DNA of 64,000 nucleotides from the human T2T-CHM13v2.0 reference genome, Homo sapiens. The stretch's first letter is position 1; every line of letters begins with the position of its first letter. The position numbers were made by a program, and so were the translations under genes. Positions 1-11,765 of the stretch are shown here, one piece after another. The stretch lies in assembly GCF_009914755.1 (NCBI RefSeq), contig NC_060939.1; one strand, written 5' to 3'. The notes under the pieces were generated by a model that was not told where the DNA came from, searched no databases, and saw only the letters and a list, made by a program, of their open reading frames with translations.

Positions 1-1189
1 CTGGAGCATATATATTGTATAAGCAGATTTGACCAAAAACATGAAGGGAAAAAACTTATTTAAAATTTGGTGCAGTAACTAGCTATCTTTGCTGCTTGTT
101 TTCTAATTTTATTTTGTGTATCTTAGACAAAAAAAAACCCAATTTCTTAATTCCCTGGATTCTACAATAGCAATTTCATAACAGTTTCTCTCTGGGACCT
201 TCTTGAAAAATGGCCGTATGATGTGTGATGATGCTGTCCAATTTGTTCTACAATATTCCCTGAGAAACTGATCAACCTCTCTGTGGGCCTTGGTAAAGAA
301 GATGGGAGGGGTGAGTAAGATGAGGCAGGATGTGAAACTCATTGAGACCTTCCAATGACAAGCACGGTAAAACTCAGGAATATTGTAGCATTTTGTGTAT
401 GACTCAATAATCTTCATTAAACTTGAGATTTTTAGAATGATATCAGACTACTGAAGTCACTGCATTAATAAAACAGATACTAGCACCCCTTAACAACGTA
501 ACAAATGTGTATGAATCATTTATATGATTTTTTTCTCTTGAACAATGTTTGACAATAATCAGATGATAATGAAATGTATAATTAATAACAAAAATGCCAA
601 CATCTGTTAGCTTGTTATTACAGACTGATTTTTCAATGTACTATTTCAAATGTGTCAGCATTAACCTAATTTATATTAAAATCTGCTAAATACAATCTGC
701 TTTCATTAGTTGTTAATTTGGATTGGCACATGACACCAAGGAGGCGCTTCCTCTCTGCTCTCCCTCCGCATTTCTCGCTTTTGTCTAAACCGAAGATTAC
801 CCCAAATGTCTTTTAAAAACCGGCTGCCTCAACTCAAATGTTCTGCCAGCAGATGGATCAGGTTGGCTGGCTGTTTGCTTTCAGCTGTGAATGATCAGTT
901 CATTGATTCTTAAAATGTAGCACTTGGTCTCAGGAAAAAGGCTGGTCCCCAGCTGCAACCACTTCTGATATTCTTCTGTCCAGTTGCCTGCTTGTATGTG
1001 GCTTCCTCTCACATCCGTGCACTATGTCTGTCTCCTGGAGCCTAGGCCACTAGCAGGGAGGACACAGACTCTGCTCACGTGAGGTGCCCTTCTGCCTGGG
1101 GTTTTAAACTACATGCCCTCTAAGGCTCAAAGGTTGAGGGCAGATCTCTTTAAAGGGATGACCACCAGTGACTGGATGTTTTCTACAAA

Positions 1190-2185
1190 TGAAAAGCACA
1201 TGTACAGCATGAGCCTGGTGCATCTTGTAGTGTCAGAAAGTAAGGAAATGCTCTAAAGAAATACAATGGTGGGATATGCCAAAGGAGCACAGCATGTAAC
1301 TGAAAAAGCTCTCAGTGGACCAAGCTGGAACAATTTAAGGAACAAAATAAAGTAGTATTGAGTTAAAACCCAAAATATAAAATAAATATCCATGAATCCA
1401 TGCACTTATACATAAAATGATTGAATACATTAATAAACTGGAAATAAGACTCAAGTCTCCCATGCAGATGAATTCCAAATAATTAATGGAGGTTCTCCAC
1501 CCTCAAGGAGGGAAAGAATAACTCCTCAGTCCTCAAGTGTGGGCTGCACATACATAGTGACTTCCTTCCAAGGACTGCAGTATGGAAAGGAGAAAAAAGA
1601 GAAATGTTACAGTGGAAAAACCTGACAAACATTACCTCAAGCACGTGATCTAGGCCAATATCAACAGTCAGAAGTCATGTTGATGGCATGTAACTTTGAT
1701 ATGATGTGATGAAAATGGCACTGTACTTCTCCAGTCTTCCTCTCAATAACCCATAACCCTAGTCTTATCATGAGAAAAACATCATGCAAATTCCACTGGT
1801 GGAACACTCTTAAAAATACCTAATGAGCACTCCTCAAAAACTGTCAAGGTCACCAAAAACAAAGAAAGTCTGAGAAACTGTCACAGCCAACAGGAGCCAA
1901 AAGAGGCATGATTTATACATTTAATATGATTTTCTGGATCGGATCCTGGAACTGCAAAAAGACATTGGGTAAAAACTCTGGATATCGAAATAAACTATGA
2001 TGTTAGTTAACAATAAGGTATCAATATCAGTTCATTAATAGTAACAAATGTATCATAGTAATGTAGGATGTTAATAATAGGAGACACTGAATGCAGGGGT
2101 ATTTGGGAAGTCTCTGTAATGATCTTCTAAGCTTTTTTGCATATCTAAAACTGCTCTATAAAATAAAGTCTATATTTTTAAAAAG
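1190..2185 (+). mobile_element. LINE-1 3' UTR fragment, L1MC/L1MD-type
   Basis: Recognisable old L1 3' UTR text (GATATGATGTGATGAAAATGGCAC; AAACTGTCAAGGTCACCAAAAAC; GTAGGATGTTAATAATAGG) ending in AATAAAGTCTATATTTTTAAAAA. Subfamily from memory. Confidence 0.85.
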
Positions 2186-3410
2186 CACATATAATTTTTT
2201 GAAGAAATATTGGACACCAGGGATAATTCACAGTGTGGGGAACCAACAGGCTTGAGCGAGGAAAGATTCCCATGCACGAGTCCTCGCACCATCTGCAGGG
2301 AAAGCCCTGCAGATGGGACTAACCAAGGTGTCTCAGGAAGAGAATATGTAAAGAATTGGCTTGTCTTAAGACACAAATATATCGGTCTGTAATCTTCAAA
2401 ATCTTGCTTGCTGTGTTTTCTAGAGCAGCTCTTGAGATCCTGCTTATCTTCACCTTAGAGTGAACTTGTGAAATTATCTGAGCTTGAACGGAGCTCAAAG
2501 AAATGCCCCATGTGCTAGGGAAATTGGTGATTCTCTTGCAGGTAGGATGTCAGTACTCTCGAAACAGCTTCCAGTGCACTTAAGGGATCATTAAAAAGAA
2601 AGGTGCTTATTAATTGATAAGAATGAATTTTGTACGTCTATGAGCCTTAGGTGATGTATTGGAGGTATTGCTTTCTCTCTTACGAACTGAGGGTCGTCAG
2701 GGTGGCTGACTCCTCCCTAGTGTTGAAGCAAAAGTGTTGTTATATAACGCGTTTCTTAAGTCAGCGTTAACTAGTCACAAAAAACATCCTAATCGTGTGC
2801 ACCCAAAGGAATATGATATTAACGTTAAATATGACCACAGGCCAGTCTGGAAGGAAAGCTGAAAATTACATACCTTTTTTTTTTTAAATCGCTTCTTGAA
2901 CAGAAAGTGGTAATAATAATATTACACACCTACACAGCCTATTATATTCAAGAAACCTCAAAGTCCTTCACCAATTATTCTTTATATCCACAGGGCTCAC
3001 ATTTCTTGGGAAAGGAAGTCACTAGTGATAAAAACCTGGTCCCCAGTGGTCGTCCTTTTCAAAGCCAAGTTAAATGGAGCGGAGTGGGAGGGGGAGGAGT
3101 TGTTCCATTTCCCCACTGCTGCTTCCGCCCGAGGGCTGCCGCAGTATCCATTCCTCTCGCATCCCCTTCCCACCTGCATGTGCAGCTTGGGGATCAGGGT
3201 GAACTAATGAATGGCCATGGCCAGCAGCAGGACAGCAGGAAACAAGAACCACGTCTAGAAATATGGCTTTAAGCAGATTTTAAAAAACCAGCTACTGTTC
3301 AAGATGCAGGGCTGAGAAAGTGCGAGAACTGAGTGTGTTGGCAAAGGATCTGACTGTGACTCGGGGCCTGTTATTTGCTGTTCTTGTCTGCATGGCCTTA
3401 GGAATTTCAG

Positions 3411-3449
3411 TCTCCCTCTCTCTCTCACACTCTCACTCTCTCTCTCTCT
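3411..3449. repeat. Imperfect (CT)n/(CA)n microsatellite
   Basis: tctccctctctctctcacactctcactctctctctctct, seen directly. Confidence 0.85.
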
Positions 3450-3639
3450 TCCTACAGTTTCTAAAATCCCTAATTTCTAATTCCTGCTTTGTGCTTAGGG
3501 AAGTACCTGGAGTGAAGGTTAGAGGAATCTGCATTTTGGTGAGGCTTGGATCCAGGCTAACTGGGCTCTTCCAAAGGATCCAGAAGTTTGGGGAAATGTG
3601 GCTCCTTTTATGAAGAGGAAATTGCCCTGGCTTTACCAG

Positions 3640-4070
3640 CTTAATTCCTATTGTGTGTTGCAGGACATCACAGGCTCTTCCACATTGCTTCTTCCTCCTC
3701 TACAGCCATATTTGCCTTTACACCTCTTGCCCTTCCGCCTCACTGAACTGTTTTTAGTTCCTCCCAATCATAGGTCTTGAATCCACCACTCCCTCTGCCA
3801 TAAAACGTCATGCTCCCCACACTGCCCACTGGTATTCCTCACTCTAAAACACTCACCCAAAATGTCACTTTTTGATAATCCCCAGTCTGGCATTGGGCAC
3901 TCCTATGTGGAGAGCTCTCTGGATGTGCCCTGTTGTAGCACAGTGTGTGTACTGTGCTTCACTTGGTTGCCTTGTCGGCCTCCCCTGCTAGCCTTGAGGG
4001 TTGTATCTCCAGGGCTCAGCACAGTATCTGCCACAAGGTAGCCACTCGGTAAATGTTTGCTAAATGAATT
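3640..4070 (+). mobile_element. L2 LINE 3' end, degraded
   Basis: Ends CTCAGCACAGTATCTGCCACAAGGTAGCCACTCGGTAAATGTTTGCTAAATGAAT, matching the L2 3' terminus. Confidence 0.7.
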
Positions 4071-4279
4071 ATGATCTGTTTCCCCAGCCTTCTTAATGGA
4101 GGAAGCCCACCTAACTTAATGATAATGACAGCATCAAATCTTTCTGTAGTTTAGAGACAAATTGATGGCCATTACTTTTTGGTACAGATATGTCATATGC
4201 CTGTTAAAGTGGATTCTGAATCAGCCAGTGCTGGTAGAGGCATTAACTATGGACAATAACAGAAATAGAGCAAGTCTGG

Positions 4280-4435
4280 GCTGGAAAGAAACATAAAGAT
4301 CATTAGTTCAGCCCTTTGCTTTTACAGATGAGTAAACTGGGGTGCAGAGATTAAACATCTTGGTGAAGATCATTCAGACTCTACGTGATTTTTTTTTACT
4401 CAAAACCCAGTGCTTTTTCCACTCTTCTGTACCAT
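4280..4435 (-). mobile_element. MIR/MIR3 SINE fragment
   Basis: Antisense MIR core TTTTACAGATGAGTAAACTGGGGTGCAGAGA. Confidence 0.7.
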
Positions 4436-4884
4436 GTGACAGAAACAGATGCACACACACACACACACTAGCTGCTGAGCATACACTGTGAGTACAGCAG
4501 AGGGTATGCCTTTTCGGACACCCAGAGTCACATTCCTTGCCCTCAAAGGCTTCACTGTCTAGTTGGAGAGGCCAGGCTTGCACACATCTAGATAGGAGCA
4601 ATGTAGGAATCTGAGAGGAGACACAGGGGTCAGAAGACCTGGAGTGGCCCAGCCGGGAGTCTGTGAGAGAGAGCACAAAGGGAATGATGTTGTGGAGCAG
4701 CAAGAGAGGGAACCATCACTTCTGGGGGGACAGGACTGAGTATATGATGGCTGAGAAAAGAAGGCCATCTCCGAAAGGGCAGGAAGGCAGCAGGAGTTGG
4801 GATGATGTATGGTTTTATCCTGTGATTTTACTGTGAACCACTTCAAATAGTGTTTTGGAAAGTGGTGGAGCAGCTAGATATATT

Positions 4885-5058
4885 GAGAGAGAGAGAGGTA
4901 AAGATGAAAATGGAGAAGGAAATGCGGGAAGGGATAGGGATTGCAATGGAGAGTAAGATAGAGATGAAGATGGAGATGGAGATAGATATACAGACAGAGA
5001 TGGAAATAGGGAGAGAGAGAGAGACAGAAATAGGAATAAGAGAGAGAGAAATAGGAAC
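4885..5058. repeat. GA-rich low-complexity tract with decayed GAGATG-like hexamer
   Basis: Strong purine bias on the + strand; accounts for ORFs 4850..5113 and 4815..5060. Confidence 0.85.
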
Positions 5059-5471
5059 AAGGTTGGGGATTATTTCACAATTCAGCTACAGCAAGGATTC
5101 TTCAAGCACATGAGGAAAGGAGGTGTAAGTTTCTACTATGTCTTATATGTGAGATGTCTTTTTCAGCAGTAGCTGCATGTGTACTGACAAGAAGACCTCC
5201 TGTAGAATATACCACATGCAGTAAGTGCAGAGGACTCTTTAAGACTAATTACTGTGAATGAACTTGCCTTTCTCCACTACGTAAAGTGTCCAGGGCCTGC
5301 ATTTCCACTGCTTTGGAAGATCTGATGAACAGAAGAAAATATATCTTGTTGCACAGTGTAGACTCTCAGTGTCTGCAGCATAGCTTCTCATGGCAGGTTT
5401 GAAAGAGGAAGGGGTGAGGCTTAGCTACAAGCTTCAAATAAGTAACCTAGCTGTAGCATGCAACATGAGAG

Positions 5472-5620
5472 CAGGTCTTCTCAAACTTTTATGTACTTGC
5501 TAATCACTTGGGGATTTTAGTAAAATGCAGATTCTGATTCATTTGGTCTAGCATGGGGCCTGAGGTTCTGCATTCATTACAAACTTCCAAGGAATGTTAA
5601 CCCTAGACATAAAAGCAAGA
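5472..5620. mobile_element. MER5-family hAT-Charlie MITE
   Basis: TTCTCAAACTT...AATCACTTGGGGATTTTAGTAAAATGCAGATTCTGATTCA...GGGGCCTGAGGTTCTGCATT. Confidence 0.75.
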
Positions 5621-5633
5621 TCCTAAAGCATGT

Positions 5634-6013
5634 CTTTTTATTGACAGGCAGTAGTCGTACATATCATGGAGTACAAAGTAATATTTTGATACAAGTATAC
5701 AATTTGTAATGATCAAATCAGCATAATTAGTATATCTGTCACCTCAAACATTTATCATTTCTGTGTGTTGGGAACATTCAAAATCCTCTTCTCTAGCTAT
5801 TTACAGATATACAATAAATTTTGTTAGTTATAGTCACTATACAGTGCTATAGAACACTAGAATGTATTCCTTCTATCTAGCTGTAATTTTGTATCCATTA
5901 ACCAACCTCTTCTTATTCTCCTCTCCCACCCTTCTCAGGTCCTAGCAACCACAATTCTACTTCTCTACTTCTATGGGTTCAATGTTTTTAGCTCCCACAT
6001 ATGAGTGAGAACA
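5634..6013 (-). mobile_element. 5'-truncated L1MA-type 3' end
   Basis: Antisense L1MA 3' UTR: GTAATGATCAAATCAG...CACCTCAAACATTTATCATTTCTGTGTGTTGGGAACATTCAAAATCCTC...GCTCCCACATATGAGTGAGAACA. Confidence 0.9.
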
Positions 6014-6462
6014 GCCAATTAATTCCCCGTTGTCTAGACTAGTAAGCTGCATCCCTGGCTATATACCTGGGGAGCTTTTAAAAAAACATCTATGCCAGGT
6101 CTCATCTTAGTCTTTTCTGTCTTATTTGCTGTGAAATGGTTAAAAAAAAATCAAAGATCAAAGTGTGTGCACCATTCTTTATTCTCCCACTTAATATTTA
6201 CTCCTTCAAATATCATGTAATTTAAAAAAATCAGTGTCCTGCATATTGTGGACTTGCAATGCACAGTTGAAAAATGAGTGAAAATGGTATACAGATGTTA
6301 AGTGCATACACAATTGCACAGTTGGCATTCAAAGTCATTGTGTCATGTATAATGCCATATTCATTTAAGTAAAATTGTTTACTTATGATAAAATCGAATT
6401 GCCTCAACTATGCATTTTGAAGCAATTAATTCTAGCTTTCTGCTCACTTACAATAAGGTGGT

Positions 6463-6801
6463 TACTGTGGTTTGAATGTGTCCCCTCAAAATGTAGGTGC
6501 TGCCAATGTGATAGTATTAAGATGCAGGGCCTTCAAAGAGGTGATTAGGCCATGAGGGCTCCTCCCTGGTGATTGGGGGCAGGTGCCCTTACAAAGGGGC
6601 TTGATGGAGGGAGTAGCTTGCTCTCTTGCCCTTCTGCCTTCTGCCCTTTGAGAGTGTAGCAAGAAGGCCCTCGCCAGACACCAAATGCCAGCACCTTGAT
6701 CTCAGACTTCCCCTCCAGAACTATGAAACATACATGTCTATTCTTTATAAATTACCCAGTCTCAGATATTCCATTACAGCAGCACCAAACAAACTAAGAC
6801 A
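6463..6801 (+). mobile_element. MaLR solo LTR (MSTC/MSTD-like)
   Basis: Starts TACTGTGGTTTGAATGTGTCCCC and ends TTTATAAATTACCCAGTCTCAG...AAACTAAGACA. Confidence 0.88.
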
Positions 6802-7477
6802 GGGGCTTTCCCACATCAAATAGTTTATACTGGCGGGTCTTAGAGATAACTGAAGTGGTTTGTTCCTGTTCCCACCAACTATCAGTGTTTCTTTTGGGGG
6901 CCTGATTTAGTCTCTGAGGACTAAGTGAAGCTTCATAACATTAGGACAAGGCCTAAAATTAGCATATTGGAGATTTTTCAGGGACACAGCATGCTGATCT
7001 GTGTGTCTCTAAAAGGGCACACACATCTGTTTCCAAGACAACAAAAGAACATCCACTCTGGTGAAGATATTGACATCAGCCTGTCCAGGAAAGAGAGCAT
7101 GTGGGTGCCGGGGCGTCATCTGAGAGTTGGTTGGGCTCCAAATCTGTTTCGTTGCTGGCAACCTTGATGATCCACAGAGGGATAAAGGAAGTTTGGCCTA
7201 ATTATGTGATGCTTTAGTCCCTTATTGGAAACATCTTTAAGGAAACAGTCAAGTTGTGGAAAATGAGCGTCACTTCTTCTCCCTCTCTGAAGGCACCAGG
7301 GTGAGCACAGGCCACCATGGGTATTTTATAAAACGTTTAGGAAACAATAAAACCTTCCACAATTTCTCCTTGTCCAGCCCACTCCCTGGCCTTCTCTCCT
7401 AGCCTTCTCTTTATATAGACTAACTTACTTGGAGATTGGCACCAAGGTGCTGGCAGAATGGGTGTGGGATGTTCTTT

Positions 7478-8350
7478 TAGATAGGAAAAAATAAGCCCAA
7501 AAACAAAGTTGGAGTTTTTTTTTTCTTCTTCTTCTTCTTCTCACTTACACAACTCAACACAACACTTCTGACACCAAATGTGTGGGGGTTTTTCCCCACA
7601 CACCAAGCAGTACCTCAGCGGACACCAGCTGGATGTACTATAATTCATTCCAGCCCTGGCACTGTCTACCTGGAGATAGCATCAGGTCACACAGGTTGAG
7701 GGCTCAGTCCCACAAGACTGTCCCACTTCACATGCCAATCATAAGCCCCGGGTGGTTGGCCTGTGCTTCTGACCAACCAGCTATACATTGGGATTCCCAC
7801 AACTCCCTCCTCAGGTTCCATTAATTTGCTACAGCAGTTCACAGAAACCCGGGGAAACATTCTACTGTTTACCCATGTATTATAAAGGAGACTAGAGAGG
7901 ACACAGGTGAACAGCCAGATGAAAAGATGCATAGGCTGAGGTATGTGGGGTGAGGCACCGAGCTTCCGTGTCCTCTCAGGGAGCCCCACTCCAGGAACTT
8001 CTGCATGCTCAGCTATCCAGAAGCTCTCCTACCCCATCTTTCTGGGTTTTTATGGTGGCTTCATTATGTAAGCAGGATTGATTACATCATTGGCCATTGA
8101 GGATCAAGGCAAACTTCAGTCTTCTATCCTCCCCAGAGGTTGGAGGGTGGGGCCAATAGTCCCAACCCTCTAACCTTGCCTCAGTCTTTCTGGTGACCAG
8201 CCCCCATCCTGAAGCTATCTAGGGACTCCCAGCCACCAGTCTTTCATTAGCATACAAAAGATATTCTTATTACTCTGCTGATTTCAACGGTTTTAGAAGC
8301 CGTATGCCAGGAAACTTACCAAATAAATATATAGATTTCACTATATCACA
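7478..8350 (-). mobile_element. MER21-family ERVL solo LTR
   Basis: Reverse strand starts TGTGATATAGTGAAATC...TTTCCTGGCATAC. Contains CACTTCTGACACCAAATGTGTGGGGGTTTTTCC and GGGCTCAGTCCCACAAGACTG. Left boundary approximate. Confidence 0.88.
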
Positions 8351-10159
8351 AGTGTGTGCCAGGCAGCCTGAAGGATGTTTGAGATCATAGTGCCTACCTA
8401 GACATGAGAACGGACTGAACGCATTTAGAAATATCTCCATTTTTAAATAAGAAAAAGACACTTAAGAAGAAGGAAACATTAGTGGAATCATTTGGGTGAC
8501 TGAGAAAATCTCCTGATGGCATTTTCAGGATTTTTAGAGTGGAAAGAAGAAAATCAAATTGCTGCAGCTAAGCTGGAAATGTTCTGGGGACAGTGTGATT
8601 CTGAATCACTGTACTTCTCTCTAAGCCCCAAGGGCTGATTATAAACGGAGCCATATTCATACTTGAGACCAGGCCTTCACTTTCTCGGAATATGATGTCA
8701 AAAGCAGCCAGGGAGTTCAACTTTAGGAAAAAAGTGGAAGGAAATGACTGCTTGTGTGCATAGGACTGGATTTATGTATTCACTAGGTAAATGTGTCCCC
8801 TTTGGCAAAATATGCCATGAGCTGAAAAATGTATCACTAGCCACCATCTTCTCTGAGAGAAAACTGTGGTAAACAAATTTCATGAAAGAACAAGATTTTC
8901 AGAGACTAAAAAAGGTTGGCATTTAAGTTTCATCCAAACTGCAGCTGTGACCAAAAATAATCAAGCATAACTGTGGTTAATTGTGCAGCAACCTACACCC
9001 TCCATACTCTGCTAAATCCCTAGGTGATCGTTTTGAGGTTTTCTTTTTTTCTTTCTTTCTCATCACTGCTGATTCAAAGACAGGTACAATTTTAGCTTAG
9101 TACGAGTTTTCCAAAGACAAGACAAAGCAACATAGTTTGGCTATGTTGTCTAAACGTTGTAATCACAATTTTCCTATGAGAGCAACATTTTGGATATAAA
9201 GTGTACTTTACAATGTAATAGGCTTTAACTACCAAGATATACACCTTTCTAAGTAAGTCCTATTAAAACAATTTAATAGCGTGTCAACAAGTACAAACAG
9301 AATTGTGCAGTTTGTTTTTATGCAGTGAGCTAGTTTAGCCGGGGTCTGTCAAGTGCTATTGAAGCTCACTTTGAACTAACAGGATTACATGATCGGAATT
9401 GTATTCATGGAAGGTCTTTATTCTTAGTGCTGACAGATGAAACGCATGATAAGTTATAGGGGTTACACTAAAGAAGTATTGAGTATTTTTGTGCATGTGC
9501 AAAATGTGTAGGTTCACATACATTTCCATACTTAACAGACGTATTGATATTTTAGTGGCAAAGCACATACATTTTAAAAAGAGGAGAAAATAGAAACATG
9601 TTCTCTCTTAAATCAGCCTGGTTAATTGCAGATGAAACTAAATTCGCATATTTTGACTCTTTAACGTTCTATTGAATGGAGTTTTGCTAAATCAGAATTT
9701 ACAACAGGCATGCCCAATTCAATTGTGGGCAAAAAAAAAAAAAAAATCAGCACTAACAGCCTTATTGGAAGCAAATTATTCAATGAATCCAAATAGCCTG
9801 AAATATTCTACAGATTGTAAGATAGGGCTAGCTTCCTATACATATTTGCTCAGAAACAAAGCTGTGGAACACTCCCTAACTGTGAAGGAGAGACTTAACT
9901 TTCCATCCCTAAGCAGGGACAGAGTGATAGTGGGGTGCTGAATCATCCTTTCCGCACACTCACGTATTCTGGATGATTTGGAGCATATGAAACCCAACAG
10001 AAATGAAAAAGAAAAATGTAAACTTACTTGAGGATACAAAACACAATATTTATATGTAATATACACCCACCTGTGTATTTATGTGTAAGTAGATACTGTA
10101 TGTCTTTTTATGGGCCTGTTTTCATATGTCAGTATAATATTGATGATACAAAATATATA

Positions 10160-10976
10160 CAGCAGGTCCTCAGATAACATCATTTTGCTATGATGTTGAG
10201 AAAAAAACATCTATGCCAGCCAGGGCCACTGTCTGTGTGGAGTTGGCACATTCTCTCCATGTCTGCATGGGCTTCCTCCTGGTGCTCCGATTTCCTCTCA
10301 CATCCTAAAGATGTGCATGTTAGGTGAAATGGCATGTTTGAAGTGTCCCAGTCTGAGTGAGCATGGGTGTGTGCGAGTGTGCCCTGAGATGGGATGGCAT
10401 CCTCTCCAGGGCTGGTTCCCATCTTGCACCCTGACCTGCCAGGGTAGACTCTGGCCACCTGCAACCCTGAACTGGAATAACTGGGTTGGAGAATGAATGA
10501 ATGAATGAATGAATGAAAATTTGTAAAGTAGACGGTAATCATACAAATGCACTTAGGGAGCCCGCCCTATTTGTAATTGCTTGTTTTTGAAGGTATGATC
10601 GTAGGAGGTGCTCCTGACAACTTTCACTTCACAAACAGTTATTCCTTGATGCAACCCAGCACCTCTACAGCAGCCGGCACTCACTGATTTACCAAAAATT
10701 GAGTAAATAATTTTTAACCCGATGTTTTTATGACTTGTTTTATTAATCATTCTTAAATGTGTGTATAGCTCACATTTATTTCAGTATTTAATATTAGAAG
10801 GTTTTGAGTCTTTAATTAGAAGTTCGGTGATGTTTTTGTGACCAGAAATATCCCACAGGAACTTAACTCTTGTTTATATCAATTAGCTTATGGTAAAACT
10901 ACTTTTTTAATATGTGGTTTTACTTAAAGTTGCAGTTTCCAAGAAAATATTGACAACAGCAAGTGAGGACCAACTG
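10160..10976 (+). mobile_element. MER6 (TcMar-Tigger non-autonomous DNA transposon), near full length
   Basis: TA|CAGCAGGTCCTC at the left and GAGGACCAACTG at the right form imperfect TIRs. Internal GGCCACTGTCTGTGTGGAGTT... segment and (GAAT)n are characteristic of MER6. Confidence 0.9.
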
Positions 10977-11505
10977 AATATGTAGTACATCTATATTTGT
11001 ATTTATATGTGAATACATATGTATGTCTATGTGCATAGGACTGGATTTACATATTAGGCCACTTTCAATGGGCCTATTTTAATATGTAATATTGAAGTCA
11101 TGACCATAAAGAACCCATTTAAGGTCCTTCCTGCAGCTCTATGTCTGTTTATAATGGCATAAGGAAGAGAACAGCTATGGGAGAGTTTAGGTATAAAGCA
11201 TTGTGTACAGGGCTTTACGTGTCACTTAAATAGAAGCATTGAGCCAGATAGACAGATGGAAGAGACGCATCTCAGATACATATCTGTGGGAAAAATGTAC
11301 TAAAAATAAATGTCTGACACAAATGTCACCGAGTCATTCAAAACTGAACTACACAAGCCACTGGGACATTATCAGCTAACATAACAGACATCTAACACCA
11401 GTCAAAGTGGCCTGCACAGGAAGGGGCTTCCCTCAGAGACCTTCACAAAAATAAAAGAAGAAAAAAAAAGTACAAGCCAGAAGTCATCAAAAGACAGTGC
11501 TACAT

Positions 11506-11662
11506 AGCCAGGTGTTGTGGCATGTGCCTGTAGTCACAGCTACTTAGCAGGCTGAAGCCAGAGGATCGCTTGAGCCCAGGAGTTCAAGGCTGAAGTGCAC
11601 TATGATCACACCTGTGACTAGTCACTGTACTCCAGCCTGGACTACAGAGCAAGACCCTGTCT
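11506..11662 (+). mobile_element. FAM (fossil Alu monomer, 7SL-derived)
   Basis: Single monomer keeping the 7SL-like GTGCACTATGATCACACCTGTGACTAGTCACTG segment that dimeric Alus lack. Followed by a GA-rich tail to about 11720. Confidence 0.85.
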
Positions 11663-11751
11663 AGAAAGAGAGGGGAGGAGAGAGAGACGGAGAGGGAGAG
11701 AGAAAGAGAAAGAAAGAAAAGAATACAAGTTTTGTGCAAATGGTTGCAGGA

Positions 11752-11765
11752 CCAACAGATGGCGG
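11752..11765 (+). promoter_or_regulatory. Candidate CTCF site
   Basis: CCAACAGATGGCGG matches CCASYAGRKGGCRS at 13 of 14 positions. Motif match only. Confidence 0.35.

Noticed and set aside
109-417. 102-aa minus-strand ORF
   Set aside because: No recognisable protein. It overlaps MIR-like text (CCCATC...AAGGCCCACAGAGAGGTT) and its length is within chance.
4815-5113. E/M/R-rich and S/L-rich ORFs
   Set aside because: Translation artefacts of a GA-rich low-complexity tract.
9128-9148. Hairpin CAACATAG-TTTGG-CTATGTTG
   Set aside because: An 8-bp stem is expected many times by chance in 64 kb.
9621-9634. Homeodomain plus E-box Coordinator composite motif
   Set aside because: TAATTG and CAGATG abut with no A-rich spacer, so the geometry does not fit.
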